A stretch of DNA of 62,981 bases, filler included, from Rhabdomonas costata (taxonomy: Eukaryota), in assembly GCA_019059605.1 (NCBI GenBank). It is 35 parts of 35 records of this genome, joined end to end, with 100 filler letters (N's around TTAATTAATTAA, not from the genome) between each part and the next. Parts side by side here need not be neighbours in the genome. Positions count along the whole stretch, not along the records: positions 1 to 1,703 come from JAHMHO010010381.1; positions 1,804 to 3,506 come from JAHMHO010010382.1; positions 3,607 to 5,309 come from JAHMHO010010383.1; positions 5,410 to 7,109 come from JAHMHO010010384.1; positions 7,210 to 8,912 come from JAHMHO010010385.1; positions 9,013 to 10,715 come from JAHMHO010010386.1; positions 10,816 to 12,518 come from JAHMHO010010387.1; positions 12,619 to 14,322 come from JAHMHO010010388.1; 27 more parts are not named here. One strand, given 5' to 3'. This document shows, piece by piece, positions 1-12,885 of the stretch (positions are counted from its first letter, which is position 1; each line of letters begins with the position of its first letter). The translations under genes were made by a program, and so were the position numbers. Below the pieces are notes generated by a model. It made no database searches, had not been told where the DNA came from, and saw only the letters and a list, made by a program, of their open reading frames with translations.

Positions 1-740
1 GCCCTTGGAGGCCTTCTCGGCGCTTGTCGGTGCAGTTTTGGGACACCTTCTTGGACGAGAGGTTCAGGTGCAGTACGCGGCTTTCTACTTATCGATGTAA
101 GGGCTTCGTGGAGCTGTCCTTAGTGAAAAGAACGAATAGAAAACGAGCAGAAACAAATGGATCCCTTCAGTAGCTGACTTCGTCCCTAAATTTGCGGACT
201 AGGCCTCTCGCACCACTTCATTACCTTCCTGGGGGTTTCAGCTGTGCTGCGTCAGTGCGTTCTTGGCTTATCAGTGGGGAGATGCCTTGGAAACGGCCAA
301 GCAAGCTGGATTGGGTGTGACGAGCAAATTCTCAGACTCTCTTTTGCTGTTCAGTGTTGTTGTTTTTAATTTTACTGACATCGGTTCACGTGGGTTTTTC
401 AGACCTCGCGCAGGCCAAGCAGGCGACCTGCGGGTTGCAGTATGTAGTCAGCAACTCCACAAGGTTTCATTGCGACTCCGCCACAGTGAAGGACGAAATG
501 ACAATGATCGGCCTCCCCTCAGGTTGGCCCGTCACCAACCCTTTCAGTTTATTGGCATACCTCAGCAGAGGATTCGCAAAGGCATCAAGCAGTGGGATCA
601 CAGGTTTGGCCATGAAAATAAAGGAAAGTGCGATTTCTGTGAATCCACAAGTTTCGTCCCAGAGCACCTCTTCCATCACTTCCCCCTTCACTGCCATTTC
701 TTTTCTCGCGCCATTTCCAGACACCTTTATCACATTGTAG
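1..740 (+). CDS. 3' part of a hypothetical spliced gene (exons ~1-96, 203-311, 403-740)
   Basis: GT-AG junctions join in frame (..FLLID|ASRT..AGL|DLAQAK..FITL*). No family recognised. Confidence 0.4.
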
Positions 741-1703
741 TTTCATTCATCGTTCATTTATTCATCGCTGGAGCGCTTTTCTATGTCAGATCCTGTGGAA
801 AAAAACTGGGAATGTATCCTATGCCTGCGTATTCAGGTTGTGTGCGTCAAAGGACCGTATCACTTTCTTTTTCGCCTCAACCTTTTCTTGATGATGAGCA
901 GGCGGGAATTTTGATCCACGGCCACTGGTGAAAATAAATTGTGTGGTGGGGCCTCACAAACTCTGGAGTTCTGTTAAGAAAATTTCCTTCCCGTTGTTTT
1001 GACGCGAATTTGCAGAGCTTGCGGACAGTCTCGCCTTGGCATACTCGGAAGCTTACGAGAAGCTTCAGCATTACGCTGCTGAGGATTTTCCGCGCCGTAT
1101 GTGTGTTGGTTTTTCGCAATCGTTTTGAGCGAGGAACCATTTTTCGACTGACCCAAGCCGACCTTCACCCCGATAAAGCGCCAACTTCAGCCTTCTGCAG
1201 GCTTTTTGGGGTGGGCCGTCGCAACCGCAATGGAGTACGATGCCACTCAGGGAAAACGCAAAGCTGAAGCTGAATCAGAGGAAGCCCCCGACGAGCAGGC
1301 CCTGAAGCTGATGCCGCCGCGCAGTGCCCCAATTCTTCCAACCGATAACTCCACCGTCCCTGCGGACATCAGTGACACTTCCAGTGAAGCACCGTCCGTA
1401 ACGCCTTCTGCGTGTGGCAGTCAGGCGATGTCCGCCACCGGATCTAATCGCGGAAGCAAAAAGAAGAAGCCCTTTCCTGACCGACGGCCCAAACGCAATG
1501 GCAAAACAGAAAAAGCGGGGACAACAACATGAGCTGCTCAACGCCAAAAGGAGCGAAGCGCTCCACAGTCGGATGCGAGGGTCTCCTCAGCGAAGAATCC
1601 TATGGGCAATTTCCGCAGCACAGCCTCACAGCGATCGCTTGGCTCTCCCAACAGTCACGTGCACGAATCCTCCGGCTGTTCCGACCGCTCAGCGAGAAAA
1701 AGA

Positions 1704-1803
1704 NNNNNNNNNNNNNNNNNNNNNNNNNNNNNNNNNNNNNNNNNNNNTTAATTAATTAANNNNNNNNNNNNNNNNNNNNNNNNNNNNNNNNNNNNNNNNN
1801 NNN
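1704..1803. other. Artificial contig linker (first of 34): 44 N + TTAATTAATTAA (stops in all six frames) + 44 N
   Basis: An identical 100-bp spacer recurs every ~1.8 kb up to 61180-61279. Intervening contigs are all ~1700 bp, consistent with a length-sorted concatenation of unplaced contigs. Confidence 0.99.
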
Positions 1804-1869
1804 GGGTGGGGTGGGGCAGGAAGCACGTGCACCTCGCGGGTGGCGTCAGAACCCAATGGAGAAAGAACC

Positions 1870-2568
1870 CTAGTGAAGTCGGGGAAAGGCCATGTCAAAC
1901 GACTGAGTCACGGATCTGGAGTTGTACTGCATTTCTGGCTGCGACGTTGAATACCGGTGCCACAGTAGGTCAGTGGGCTGCACCACAGAGCGGGAGTCGA
2001 GCTGGGACTCGGGCCGAGGCATCAAGTAGCGATGCCATTGCAAATCCAGTGGCTGGGCCACCGTGCGTGATTCGGAGGAGGAAAATGTGTGCTGGTACTG
2101 CTGAAGATCCAGAGGTTTGGTCAGTGATCGGTAGTCGGGTGGGACCTCCGAGTGAGCGGTTAAGTACCGGTAGGACTGTTGCTCAAGGGGTCGGGCCAAT
2201 GACGGAGCCTCGGGCTGAAAAGTCACCCGCGGGTGAATCTCTAAACCAAAATGGGTGTCGGGGAGAGCCGTCGCGTAGGGGAACTCCTGCAGATCGATGG
2301 GTCTGGTTAGTGGCTGTGAGCCAGCATGGATTTCGGGCCGAGACGACAGATGAGGGTACAGGTGCAGGTCAAGGGGTTGGGCCATGGACTGAGAACCGAC
2401 ACGGGCCTCAGGCAGAGAGATCGGATGGTGGAATGGGAGGGTGTCCAGAGACTGCGGAAGCGGCCTTGAGTCAAAGGGGGGCGTGGGGCGGACAGGTGGG
2501 AAGCGGTGCCGCAGTCCCTCAAGATGAACTGACGAGCCGATGTCGTCGATGCGAAGGGTCTTGTGGCC
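1870..2568 (-). CDS. Terminal exon of a low-complexity protein with ~8 S-x-S-x-x-Q-P-L-D-L repeats
   Basis: The frame is open from the TTCAG acceptor at ~2569 to the stop at 1870. Repeats include SQSMAQPLDL, YRSLTKPLDL, SRTVAQPLDL and SRSVVQPTDL. Confidence 0.6.
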   Translation of the reverse strand, partial: GHKTLRIDDIGSSVHLEGLRHRFPPVRPTPPFDSRPLPQSLDTLPFHHPISLPEARVGSQSMAQPLDLHLYPHLSSRPEIHAGSQPLTRPIDLQEFPYATALPDTHFGLEIHPRVTFQPEAPSLARPLEQQSYRYLTAHSEVPPDYRSLTKPLDLQQYQHTFSSSESRTVAQPLDLQWHRYLMPRPESQLDSRSVVQPTDLLWHRYSTSQPEMQYNSRSVTQSFDMAFPRLH

Positions 2569-4237
2569 TGAAGTTGAAGATCCGAAATCCCCCCCTCCGG
2601 ACGTTGCTCATTCCAATAGAAGGAAAGCATAACGGCACGTAATCAATTGGTGCCACCCTACCCCCTTCCTGAAGCCACATCTCATTCAATGAAAACAATA
2701 GGCATAACGCTAACCGGAGCACTCGGCCTCGCATTGGTGAGCTTTTACACAACCGCGACAAATGATTCGGGTCCCAAGGCTCTACTGACAGTGGCGGACT
2801 GTTGAAGGTGGGACACTTGTATTGTTTAGGAGGTTGTTAAACGTTACGCGTTTTGGGTCTTTGCGAATCTATTTGGACCGCGGCGCGGCCGGATGAGCCG
2901 GGAACGTGTCCTGGGGAGAGGGCAACGCAAAAATTCGACTTTGACGAGGTTGACGGCGTTTTCGTTCAGCACTGTTAAACACCATTAAACTTTTCATTCT
3001 TCTGAGCGTGGGGTTCGGGAAAACAATGTCCGTGCGCATTAATCACAAATCAAAATTCTTTTTAACTTTCGACCGCTTAAAATTTAACGCCCCCCCTATA
3101 ACAGCAACTTAGAGAACTGGAACAATGAGCAATGATCGTGGTGGTTGCGTGTTGACCATGGAAACGGAAATTTTTAGAACAGGACAAACTATCCCATATT
3201 CAAAAATTCCCACATTCAGCAACCACCCCCCGATCCCGCTCAGCCAGTTGGTGTTCAACGTGAATGCCTTCGTTATAATCTCGCCCGCCCATTTCACCCA
3301 TTCCCCGTCGCCACCTGCCCAGGCTACACAAACCAGCCCCACTTACTTTGGGCGGTCCACATCTTCTCACCCCCGAATAGATCGGAGCCGATCTCGAAGT
3401 CGCTGGTGGGCGCTGCTTGAGATGGCGTGATGACCCAGGGCTTGGGCAGGTCAGCCGCAGGCCGGGCAAGGCAGGGCGCGGGCGGAGTGGGGTCACTTAA
3501 CCAACANNNNNNNNNNNNNNNNNNNNNNNNNNNNNNNNNNNNNNNNNNNNTTAATTAATTAANNNNNNNNNNNNNNNNNNNNNNNNNNNNNNNNNNNNNN
3601 NNNNNNGGTTTTTTTGTTTAGATCAGTTTTTGTTTTGTCCTTTTGTCCTTTGCCTTCTTTGTTTTGCTTCGTTTGCCCACCCATCCATTCATCGACGCCT
3701 GCTTGCCTGCAATTTTTCTGTTGCTTTCTTTTCATTTTTATTATTTTATTTCTCACACCGATTCTCAGTTTGCATTTCGAAGGTGCCTGTGCCGGGTTCT
3801 GGTGTGTAGAACGTGGTCAGAAAGCCCGTTCTTTTCTCCCTTTGGAAGCCATGCATCTCGACGACTCCACTTTGCATTGTGTGTGCATAGGTTCTCTTCT
3901 GTTCGGTTGAGTATTGAATTGCTGAGGGTCTTCCATGCACGCGCCTCCCAGGTTCTAACAGAATATATTGCAGAGGGTACGACAGCGACGCACATCCGCC
4001 CGGGATTCCAGCATAAGGACTGCACGGGGTTAGAGGTATGCGCATGCCACCCCGTGTTTCGACAAAAGTTCACTGGGGTAGGTTGCGACACAAATTCTCC
4101 TCGGAAGCGCAACCCAACACCTGATTCCCATGCGGTTTTAATGTTATGGGGTATGGTTACGAGGATTCCGAGTGGGGTTGGGCGTCAGGAGGGGGTGGGG
4201 CTACATCCTTACCCTTCACTGAATGCAATACCCCCAG

Positions 4238-5029
4238 CCTGAATGAGCGCAAGCTGCGGTACTGGGTGGATGAGTACGACCCCCCTACGGATATCTTCCG
4301 CCACTACATCGCCGTGCATCTCCCGGCGAAGGTCACGCTTAGGGTCAGTGGGCTTCCCCGCCGGTGGAGGGATGCTACCCTACGGGAGCTCGTGCTGGAG
4401 GCCTCCTCGAAGGACCCCCACCTTGGCGACCAGGTCTGTCTGTCTGCTAGTTCTTAGGGCACTGGAAGCTTCTTCAGGAAGGCTGTTCCTGCACCTTCCC
4501 GCCTTTTCACAATGCTTGTTCGGATGTCAAACTTTCCGGGCATCTTGCTGATTGCTGTGGTATCCAACCGCCACAGTGGCTTTGTACGGACCAAGAAGTT
4601 CAAATTACAAGTGCCGACACTCCTCGACGGCGCTTGCACGGTGGTTTTAAACCTCGTAATTACAAACAGGACTCCTCTTCTCCGCTGGTGAACGGCCTTT
4701 GCTTTGCGTGCCCAACAGCTGGTGCTTACTAACAGCGACAACACTTTTCCTTCGCCCAACAGCTTGTCAGCGCTCGAGTGCTGATGGACCAGGCCATGGC
4801 GATTAGTACGGGCGTGGGCCTGATGACCTTTACCGAGCCCAAGTTCGCCGCACAGGCTCTGGAGCTTTTAGATGGCCTGGAGGTCCAGGAGAGCTGGACC
4901 CGGGCTGACGCCAGCGACACCAGCGCTTCCCAGCGCGTTACGGCAACCCAACTTCCGGAGCTTAGCACGGGGCTGCGCCGCGGGGCATACAGGCTTGCCG
5001 TGGAGATCTTCGAGGGTACCTCCAAGTAG
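4238..5029 (+). CDS. RRM-domain RNA-binding protein, last two exons (4238-4433, 4763-5029)
   Basis: RNP2-like LRVSGLP and RNP1-like TGVGLMTF, followed by AAQALELLDG. Phase-0 GT-AG intron. Confidence 0.75.
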
Positions 5030-5916
5030 CACTTGACGGACCCTGTAATGTGCAAAGAAGCAATTTTTTGTGTATGTGCCTCTCATTCTCAATGCCAACC
5101 GTGGCCTCGATTCGATATCGCGGTGGACCCTAGTTTTTCGGTCGAACACTTATATGAGTGTGTTTTATGAGTGCGGGAAGAAGAGACAATTTCTTACCAT
5201 TGCAAACCATTGCAGTGTTTTTGTAGTGCACATATCCTCTATGCTCGAAATGCTAAAAACGGTGCAATGGTTTGCAATGGTAAGAAATTGTCTCTTCTTC
5301 CCCACCACCNNNNNNNNNNNNNNNNNNNNNNNNNNNNNNNNNNNNNNNNNNNNTTAATTAATTAANNNNNNNNNNNNNNNNNNNNNNNNNNNNNNNNNNN
5401 NNNNNNNNNGTGTTGGGTGTGGGTGGTTGGGGGTGGGGGCGTGCCAACAAACAAGCAATTTATTTGCTGCAAATCGGTGATCACAGCTTTGAACGCCTGT
5501 CTCTTTGAGACACCTCAGACCTTTCTTAGGGCCTTTAACCAGTTCCTCTTTCTTTTTTTTTTGGCTTGTTTTTCATGTTCATCCTATTTTTTTCGAATCC
5601 CATTTCATTCCCACTGACTCCATATCAAAGTTCTGCGCAGCAGGATCAGAGGCACTGCCGTGGAAACTCATCGTAGCAGCTGACTGGGGTGCCAGAAGAT
5701 TTCAGCTCTTCTGGGGTAACAGTCACAATACGAAAGCTCTGCCAAAGAGAAAGCGCACAGACGTTCAGCGTCGGAGAAAAATGCAGTGCAATATTCTTTT
5801 ACAGCAGAAGAATATCAAAAGGCCACTAAGTTACAGGGGGAAAGGCGTGAAAAGAGGGCGTGTGAAGGGGGAGGTTTCAACTCTTTTTGCTCATGTTGGG
5901 TCTATGCCTCCCACAG

Positions 5917-6520
5917 GTCCTGGATCTTAGCCACAACTGCATCGCGCGTATCTCTGCCAACCTTAAGGACCTGAAGCTGCTTAGGGTTTGCCTGCTGCAC
6001 GCCAACGCCATTACGAGGCTCGACGACATCAAGAACTTGAGGTGTCCCTCTTTTCTCCAGACCTTCTCCCCAGAGCTTCTCTCCAGACCCTCTCATCGCC
6101 CGTCGTCCGACCGCCATATTCCATGATCAGGTTGTGGTTGCAGAAAACTGACTCGTTTTATGCTCTTGCTTTTGTTCCACAAATCGATTGGACACTCCGT
6201 GTCCTGATTTGTGTTGGCTGCGAATTGGCGCATGCATGCATGTACTTATCACTATGGGCCATTGCTGCTGACCATATTGCTTCCTCCAATGTTCCAAATA
6301 CCGTGTTGTTTGTGTTGCGGGTGTTACACCAGCGTTCTTGCCGATGTGCTGGGGATGGGTGAATATTTTGAGCATTGAAGGCGAGGTCCAATGAGTGTGG
6401 CATCCGGACCAAATTCTGTATTACAGGCCCTGTTCCCACCTTCAGAAGCTGACACTCTACGAAAACCCCCTCTCTGCCGTGGAGCACTACCGTAGCTACA
6501 CGACATTCTTCCTTTCTCAG
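5917..6520 (+). CDS. Leucine-rich-repeat protein with LRRcap (exons 5917-6041, 6427-6520)
   Basis: VLDLSHNCI, LRVCLLHANAI and LQKLTLYENPL..YRSY match the SDS22-type LRR plus cap consensus. In-frame GT-AG intron. Confidence 0.8.
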
Positions 6521-7209
6521 GTGCTGACCTTTTTGTCACCAACTCGTCGAGCCACTCACTTTTCATTCATGACCCGAAAGCCTGTCGCAGCCATAGTCCA
6601 GGGGAGACTTTTGCCTTGATAGCAGGATTACTTTTAGAGATGTGAGGGTTTTCTCTATCCAGAGCACGCACAAATCAGCTGGGCTCTTAGCTGTGGGTTG
6701 GGATTGTACGACTGGGTCGTGCCGTTTTCCTTGACCTCCTTCCGTCCTTTGCGAACGGTTAATGCCCACCCCGTGAGCTGAAGGAACATTTATCGCTGAG
6801 GTGAAACAAACAAATGAAACTGCCATAGAACAAGGAACTCTGCTCATTCAAAAGCAAGCTATCCACGTAATTTCATGATTTATGCTATGAAGGCTTGCAG
6901 TTATTTCGAAAGTTTGCTGAACACGAATAATTTGGGTCACACTGGGTTGATGTTGAACTCAGTCCTTTGATAGCTGCTCACGTTCTTACAACAAGGGGCC
7001 CACTGAGGTGTGTATTCAGCCGACCCTACACCGTGCCACCGCGGGAGTGCCCGCGCAGCTCCGCAATACTGTAGGACGATGTTGCACATCGAATTTCCAA
7101 TCCAACACANNNNNNNNNNNNNNNNNNNNNNNNNNNNNNNNNNNNNNNNNNNNTTAATTAATTAANNNNNNNNNNNNNNNNNNNNNNNNNNNNNNNNNNN
7201 NNNNNNNNN

Positions 7210-8912
7210 AAATCCAGTCGGGCGTGAACGCCTGCGATGAGACGGCGTCAGAAGGCAAAGAAAGCTTCGCCGCAGCCAGCGCAGCGGTGTAGCTCCGAAT
7301 TACCGGCCTGCTGGAGTCTGTTGGAAGCGGAACGACTTGGGAGGCATAGACATTCGCGGTGTTCGCCCCAAGCCGGGAGTACAGCGACGAACCTCCACCA
7401 AATGAGCAGCTCACAAAGATCGTCGATGAGGCTAACACTTGCTTCGCTTGGGCGACAAACTCTACCACGGCATCCGTGGCGGCGTACAGCACAATCGCTT
7501 GAGGGGTCTGAGGTGAACCACCAGAGAGGATGTTCCGAAGTGCTGGGCCAACATCAATCGTGTTCCGCTCGTACTGCCCCCGGCTCAGAACCTTGAGCTC
7601 AATAGCCGCAAGCGAGTTGATGAGCGCCTGAAGCCCACCAAGCCCAAATGCATCGTTTTGGTACAGAACCGAAAACCGAGTCACGAAATGGTATCGGGTG
7701 AGGTAATCCACAATCGCCGTGGTCTCGTCTGCATAGGAGGCTCGCAGGTTGATCGTATTTTTGTCAAAGGGCTGCCGAAGACCCATCGTGCCGGTGAAGG
7801 CCCCAACAAAGGGAAACCCCGCGGCCGAGGTAATCGGCGCCACAGCGATCGAGGTCACGGAGCCGTAAAACCCGATCAGCCCGTACACCCCTTGGGCCAT
7901 CAAGGCCTGCGTGTTGGCCAGCGCGGGGCCTGGGTTGTACCCATCGTCTAGGCTCCGAAGCTGCAGAAGGTACCCATGGACCCCTCCACGGCGGTTTTGC
8001 TCGGCAAAGGCCGCACGCACCCCGGCCATCAAAAGAGAACCCGCTTGGGCGTTGAGCCCGGTGAAGGCTGTGCTCTGCCCGAAAACCAGGAACTTCTGAA
8101 GCGCTTCGGGATCCGAATAGCACGAGGAGCATGGAAACGTAAAGCTCCGGGCCAACCGCAGGGATGAACCGAGTGAGGAAGCCGATGCGTCTGGGATGGC
8201 CAACCACACCTCTCGAAGACCTTGCCCACAGTTGGGCGTGAAGGGGCCCATAGCCAGGCCTGAGGCGTTCATTCTTCCTGCGGCATACATTGCGCCCAGA
8301 AACGTCTGGTTGTTGGGTTCCACACTCGCATCGAACTTCCGAAGGGCAGCAAGAAGGAGCTGGGACAATGCGTAGCCTTCCAGTGCCACACTTTCAAGGC
8401 TGATGTTGCCCGCCAGGCTGGGCTGCTGGGCCAACGCACTCGAAAAGGAACTCACCAGCGGGTGGGTGGTTAGCGAGAGCGGAGGCACCACTTGCGAGAT
8501 CACCACAGAGGATAGCGAGGCATGGCTTGCGGTCAGCCCCGACAGAAGCAGCTCGGGCACAATCGTGGCTGAGGTGACGAGGTATTGTGTGGAGGACGGC
8601 AGGAAGGTGTGTGCAGCCACAATGAAGGGCACGACGTCTTCAGATGGGGTCAGAACAAACAAAACCTGCGAAAAAAACAAAAGCAGTGAAATAGCAAACA
8701 ATAATAGCAGAGAAACAAGGCTTTGACAATGATTGCTATCAGTGCTGTCAGCCGATGACAGCGATCAGGAAACTGACAGAACAGGAAAAGAGGAAAATTG
8801 AAAGGAAAAAGAACACGCATGCCTTGGGAACGCCCCCCGTGCGGTTCGTGAAGTTCGCCAGCGCTGCTCGAATCCCCGTCACCCCGCCACCCGCAGCGTA
8901 CCCAACACCCAC
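7210..8912 (-). CDS. Receptor ectodomain with tandem type-1 periplasmic-binding-protein domains, probably a receptor-type adenylate cyclase (exons 8823-8912, 7210-8665)
   Basis: FGQSTAFTGLNAQAG..AAFAEQNRRGGVHG..LRSLDDGYNP..NLRASYADE..LYQNDAFG is a leucine-binding-protein-like fold. The remnant of an earlier copy (SLESVALEGY) lies upstream. Confidence 0.85.
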
Positions 8913-9540
8913 NNNNNNNNNNNNNNNNNNNNNNNNNNNNNNNNNNNNNNNNNNNNTTAATTAATTAANNNNNNNNNNNNNNNNNNNNNNNNNNNNNNNN
9001 NNNNNNNNNNNNGTTTACGCAGTTTCACTCCAATTTGCTCCAAGGGCCCGAACCGGCCTATCTACCGGATTCTTTCTTTCTTTCGTTGACTTAGGGACAG
9101 TTTTGTTTACGTTGAAGGACGGAACTCCCTCACTCCCTCCTTCACCTGTGAAGGAGAGGATGATCGAAAGAAAAGCTGTCCCCAACCTGAGTTGCGCGCA
9201 GCCTGGGTGCTCGCACGGAGGGTCCCATAGGGGTGAGATTAAACGTGACGAACGGTGCAACTCCGCAGGCCCACAGAGCAGGAAGCCCGCCAAAACGACA
9301 AAAGAAAAATAAAGGAATTCATGTAATTGCGCCTTGCTCACTCGCTAACCGCGTTTGGGGTGGACGCAGAAACCTTTGGTGCAAAATTAAAAGCTGCATT
9401 GTTCCATCAAACGGTACCTTCATAGGTGATCTCTTTCTCCCTGTCTTGTCCATTCACTTTTTTGCTCATTCACATTCACATTCACATTCACTGTTGTTGC
9501 GGCTTCGTGCTTTTCGTGATAATTTCTCGTGTTTGTGTAG

Positions 9541-10124
9541 GAGATTGACCTTTTTCTGGACACGATGCTTGCCATTCGAGTCAACAAGATCAAGCGAAGG
9601 GACAGAATGGAGGCTGTTTGGCAGAACGAGGTCTGCATAGGCACCATAGGCACCCAGATTCCAACCCAAAGTCCAAGTAATGTTCTGTGCTTAGCTTCGG
9701 TTGGGTTCAGCCAGTGCCAGTCGCAATGGATAGCAATTGAAAACGAAGCTAGGTGGTGGCTGCGTGCCAAGTGTGATCACCCATGACTTTTCAGTGTATT
9801 GAACGATGTTGTATTTTGCACTTCTGTTTCATTTCACATCTATTTTGCTTGGATTTCGTCAGCTGTTTTCCTTTCCTTTTCCAGATGCGCCGGAAAAAGG
9901 ACTGTGAGGAGCGCTTCCCGAAGGCCAGTGCTGATGTGTGGCTCACGCAGTACGTTAAGGACAGTGCAAAGCGTGTGTTTCATGAGCGGGCCGAGCAGCG
10001 CCGCAAGGAGTCTGAGGAAGCCGAGAAGGCGGAGCGGCGCCGCCAAGCCGAGATCCTTCTGGCCGAGCGCAAGGCAAAGGCAGAGGCGGCAGCGAAGGAG
10101 CGGGAACAGAGGCTGCAGTCATAG
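9541..10124 (+). CDS. C-terminal exons of a charged coiled-coil protein (9541-9630, 9885-10124)
   Basis: EIDLFLDT..WQNE|MRRKK..EREQRLQS*, joined by a phase-0 GT-AG intron. Confidence 0.6.
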
Positions 10125-11310
10125 CCTCCATCCACTTTACGCCAAGTGCTCACACTTGTTGACTGTGTAACTTTTGCGACTGCTTTTTTGTTGCAGTGTA
10201 CCTTTTAGAACTGAGGGACTGGGAACGAGTTGGGTCCGACCCAGTTTTGGCGCAACATTCCTTCACCCCCACCCCCTCCAGTTTCTCCTGGTCTTTTAAG
10301 CTTGCGGTTGACCATTGGGCGATAATTTTCCTTCAACCAGTGCAATTGTCATTCTTTTGGTTTCCCGGTGTTCTTTAGGGCAACTGTTATTGTCGTTGCT
10401 GGTGTGAGTCTGTGGGTGTGTAAGAATAGTTTTCTCTTTCCTCGCAAAACCGTTATGCGGAAACCTGCGGAAAGTAATGTTGCTCGGCACCGTGCAACAC
10501 TAATGCTTCGGTGCTGCAAGCGGGGCGGCGGTCTGCAGCCAGCCAAAGAGACAACCCGCGCTTTTGACTGTCGTCGGCAGGAGCAGCGGTGCAAATGCAC
10601 AGGTTACTGCTGTTGTCTTGTTTCACCAGTGTCTTCATAAATTGACTGCTTGAAAGCTTTTGTTATTGTTCCTCTCTTCAAACTGTACTGTTTGAAGAGA
10701 GGAACAACAACAAAANNNNNNNNNNNNNNNNNNNNNNNNNNNNNNNNNNNNNNNNNNNNTTAATTAATTAANNNNNNNNNNNNNNNNNNNNNNNNNNNNN
10801 NNNNNNNNNNNNNNNTGTTTTTGGTGTATATCCTTTGCTCTCAACTATTACCTGCCCGCCCACTGTGACTGCCTTGTAAATGTTCTCTCTAGTCAACGGC
10901 TCCAACATGCGCACCTAATTCTCTCTTCTCAAAACCACATACAAACGAGCACACTCTGATTTTCCTTCATCCTTCACCCCAATTGTCCCTTTGTATGATA
11001 CACAGAGGTGACTGGAAGGGAGGTTGCAGCCCCCTTTCCTTCAAAGTATACTGTCCAGAGCAAGGGCTCGCCAACAAGCACCGGAGAAATGAGAAATGGC
11101 AGGTCAGGGGGAGAGCTAGAGGGAAAAAATACAAGGCAATCACAGTGGGCGGGCAGGTAAAAGTTGAGAGCAAAGGATATACGCCAAAATCGGACAAGCA
11201 AGTTGACGATGACAGCAGGCAGCAACAGGTGCAGCAAAGACGGCCCAAAAGAACAGGGCCGAGGACTCCGGACTACACTAGTCTGTATGCAACACTAGTC
11301 TTAGCTCACC

Positions 11311-12474
11311 TCAGCTCAACACAGGCCGAGCGTAGAGCTCTTGTAACACCCGCCCTGACATCCACCGCCCGGACCGCAGCCCCAGCGCGTGCAGCGCCGT
11401 CACCGCGAGGTCGCGGTTCGACACAAAGTGGTGGCGCAGCACAGTGTCCTGCGTCGGAACCACCCCAGGGCCCCAGAAGATGGCGGGCACGTAGAGACAG
11501 GCCTGGGTGCTCTGGCCGTGGGTTTTCCGGAACCCTCCGTGGTCCGCGGTGACGATGACAAGGGTATCATGGAGGGCGTTGGTGTGGCTTAGAGCGGTGA
11601 GAAGATCGCCTATGTAGCCGTCCGTTCTACGGGCAGTCTGCAAAAGCGGGTAAGGAAAAGGAGGGAGATGAACGAGTGAGAGGTGATTAAGAAGAAGCAG
11701 AATGAGACGAAATGGCCGTATCGAGTGTCATTCCGTCGCTGGATGCCATCTTCAGATGTCTGGAATCGAAATCACCATCCAACCCTAACAAAACGAATCG
11801 CGAACAGAACAAACTGCACACATGCCTCGTAATACTCCGCACCACCCCACCCGTGCTTGTGACCCGCCTCATCGATGTCCCCGAAGTAGGCGAACATCAG
11901 GGTGGGCTGACCTGTCTCAATGAAATGCACCATCGCCTCCGCGACTCGGGAGTCATTGTCTTTGCTGCTGCTGCGGAAGTCCACCAGCTCGGGCTCCACA
12001 AGGTACTTCAGCCAGTCCCACGAGAATGCCACGGCGATGCTCCCGTGCTGGAAGGAAAGGAACCAGAAAGCTGGAAGAAAAAGGGACGGAAACATAGAAA
12101 AGAAAAAGCAGCGCCTTTCAAGAAGAACGATGATGACCATGTCCTATCGGCACGCAAGATAAGAATAAGCCAGAAGATCGACATTGTGCAACCGCAACTC
12201 CATGACTTCGCCCCCCACCCTCACTTCCATTGAAACCCAGCTGCGAAACAGAAAAATAACACAACGCCCAAAATCAAACAGAACGACAAGCAGCACGCGC
12301 AGCGATGGGCGCCAGTTTGGGAGAACACAGGGCATTCCTTTCCCTGCCACTGCTGGCGGGCAACCCGCCACATCGTCTCTGGGATGCGGCCGGCCCCACT
12401 AATCGGAGAGATCGCGGCCTCGGTGACATTGCTCGGGTCCGCGTTTGTCGGGACCCAGTTGTTGTCGAAAACCC
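11311..12474 (-). CDS. Type I phosphodiesterase / nucleotide pyrophosphatase, alkaline phosphatase superfamily (exons 12351-12474, 12225-12240, 11826-12047, 11311-11637)
   Basis: Metal-ligand motifs YFGDIDEAGHKHGW, VIVTADHGG..HG, VPAIFWGPG and SNRDLAVT. Confidence 0.88.
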
Positions 12475-12630
12475 CTTTTGGAGTGTGTGTGTGTGCGCGC
12501 GCGCAGGAAAGCGAAACANNNNNNNNNNNNNNNNNNNNNNNNNNNNNNNNNNNNNNNNNNNNTTAATTAATTAANNNNNNNNNNNNNNNNNNNNNNNNNN
12601 NNNNNNNNNNNNNNNNNNGGGTTGTTGGGT

Positions 12631-12885
12631 GAAGTAAAAACCTGAAGTACCAAAAATGTAATATCTAAATATAATATGAATATTACAAAATTACATTTAT
12701 TCAATTTTATTTTAAAATTAAATAGATCAATCTCAACACATGTCATACGTAATGAATTATATCATACATATAAAAAGCTTATGGAATGATGTAGTGATTT
12801 ACATCATTCCATAAACTTAATTATATTTCGAACAATTATTATTAAAGAACGGTTTGAAATAAGAAATGGCAAAGCGGCAAAGCTG
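12631..12885 (-). repeat. AT-rich intergenic module copy A (AAAATTGA promoter motif plus hairpin)
   Basis: Near-identical to 13257-13497 and 13992-14231. TCAATTTT at 12701-12708. 15-bp perfect stem at 12779-12793 / 12800-12814. Confidence 0.92.
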
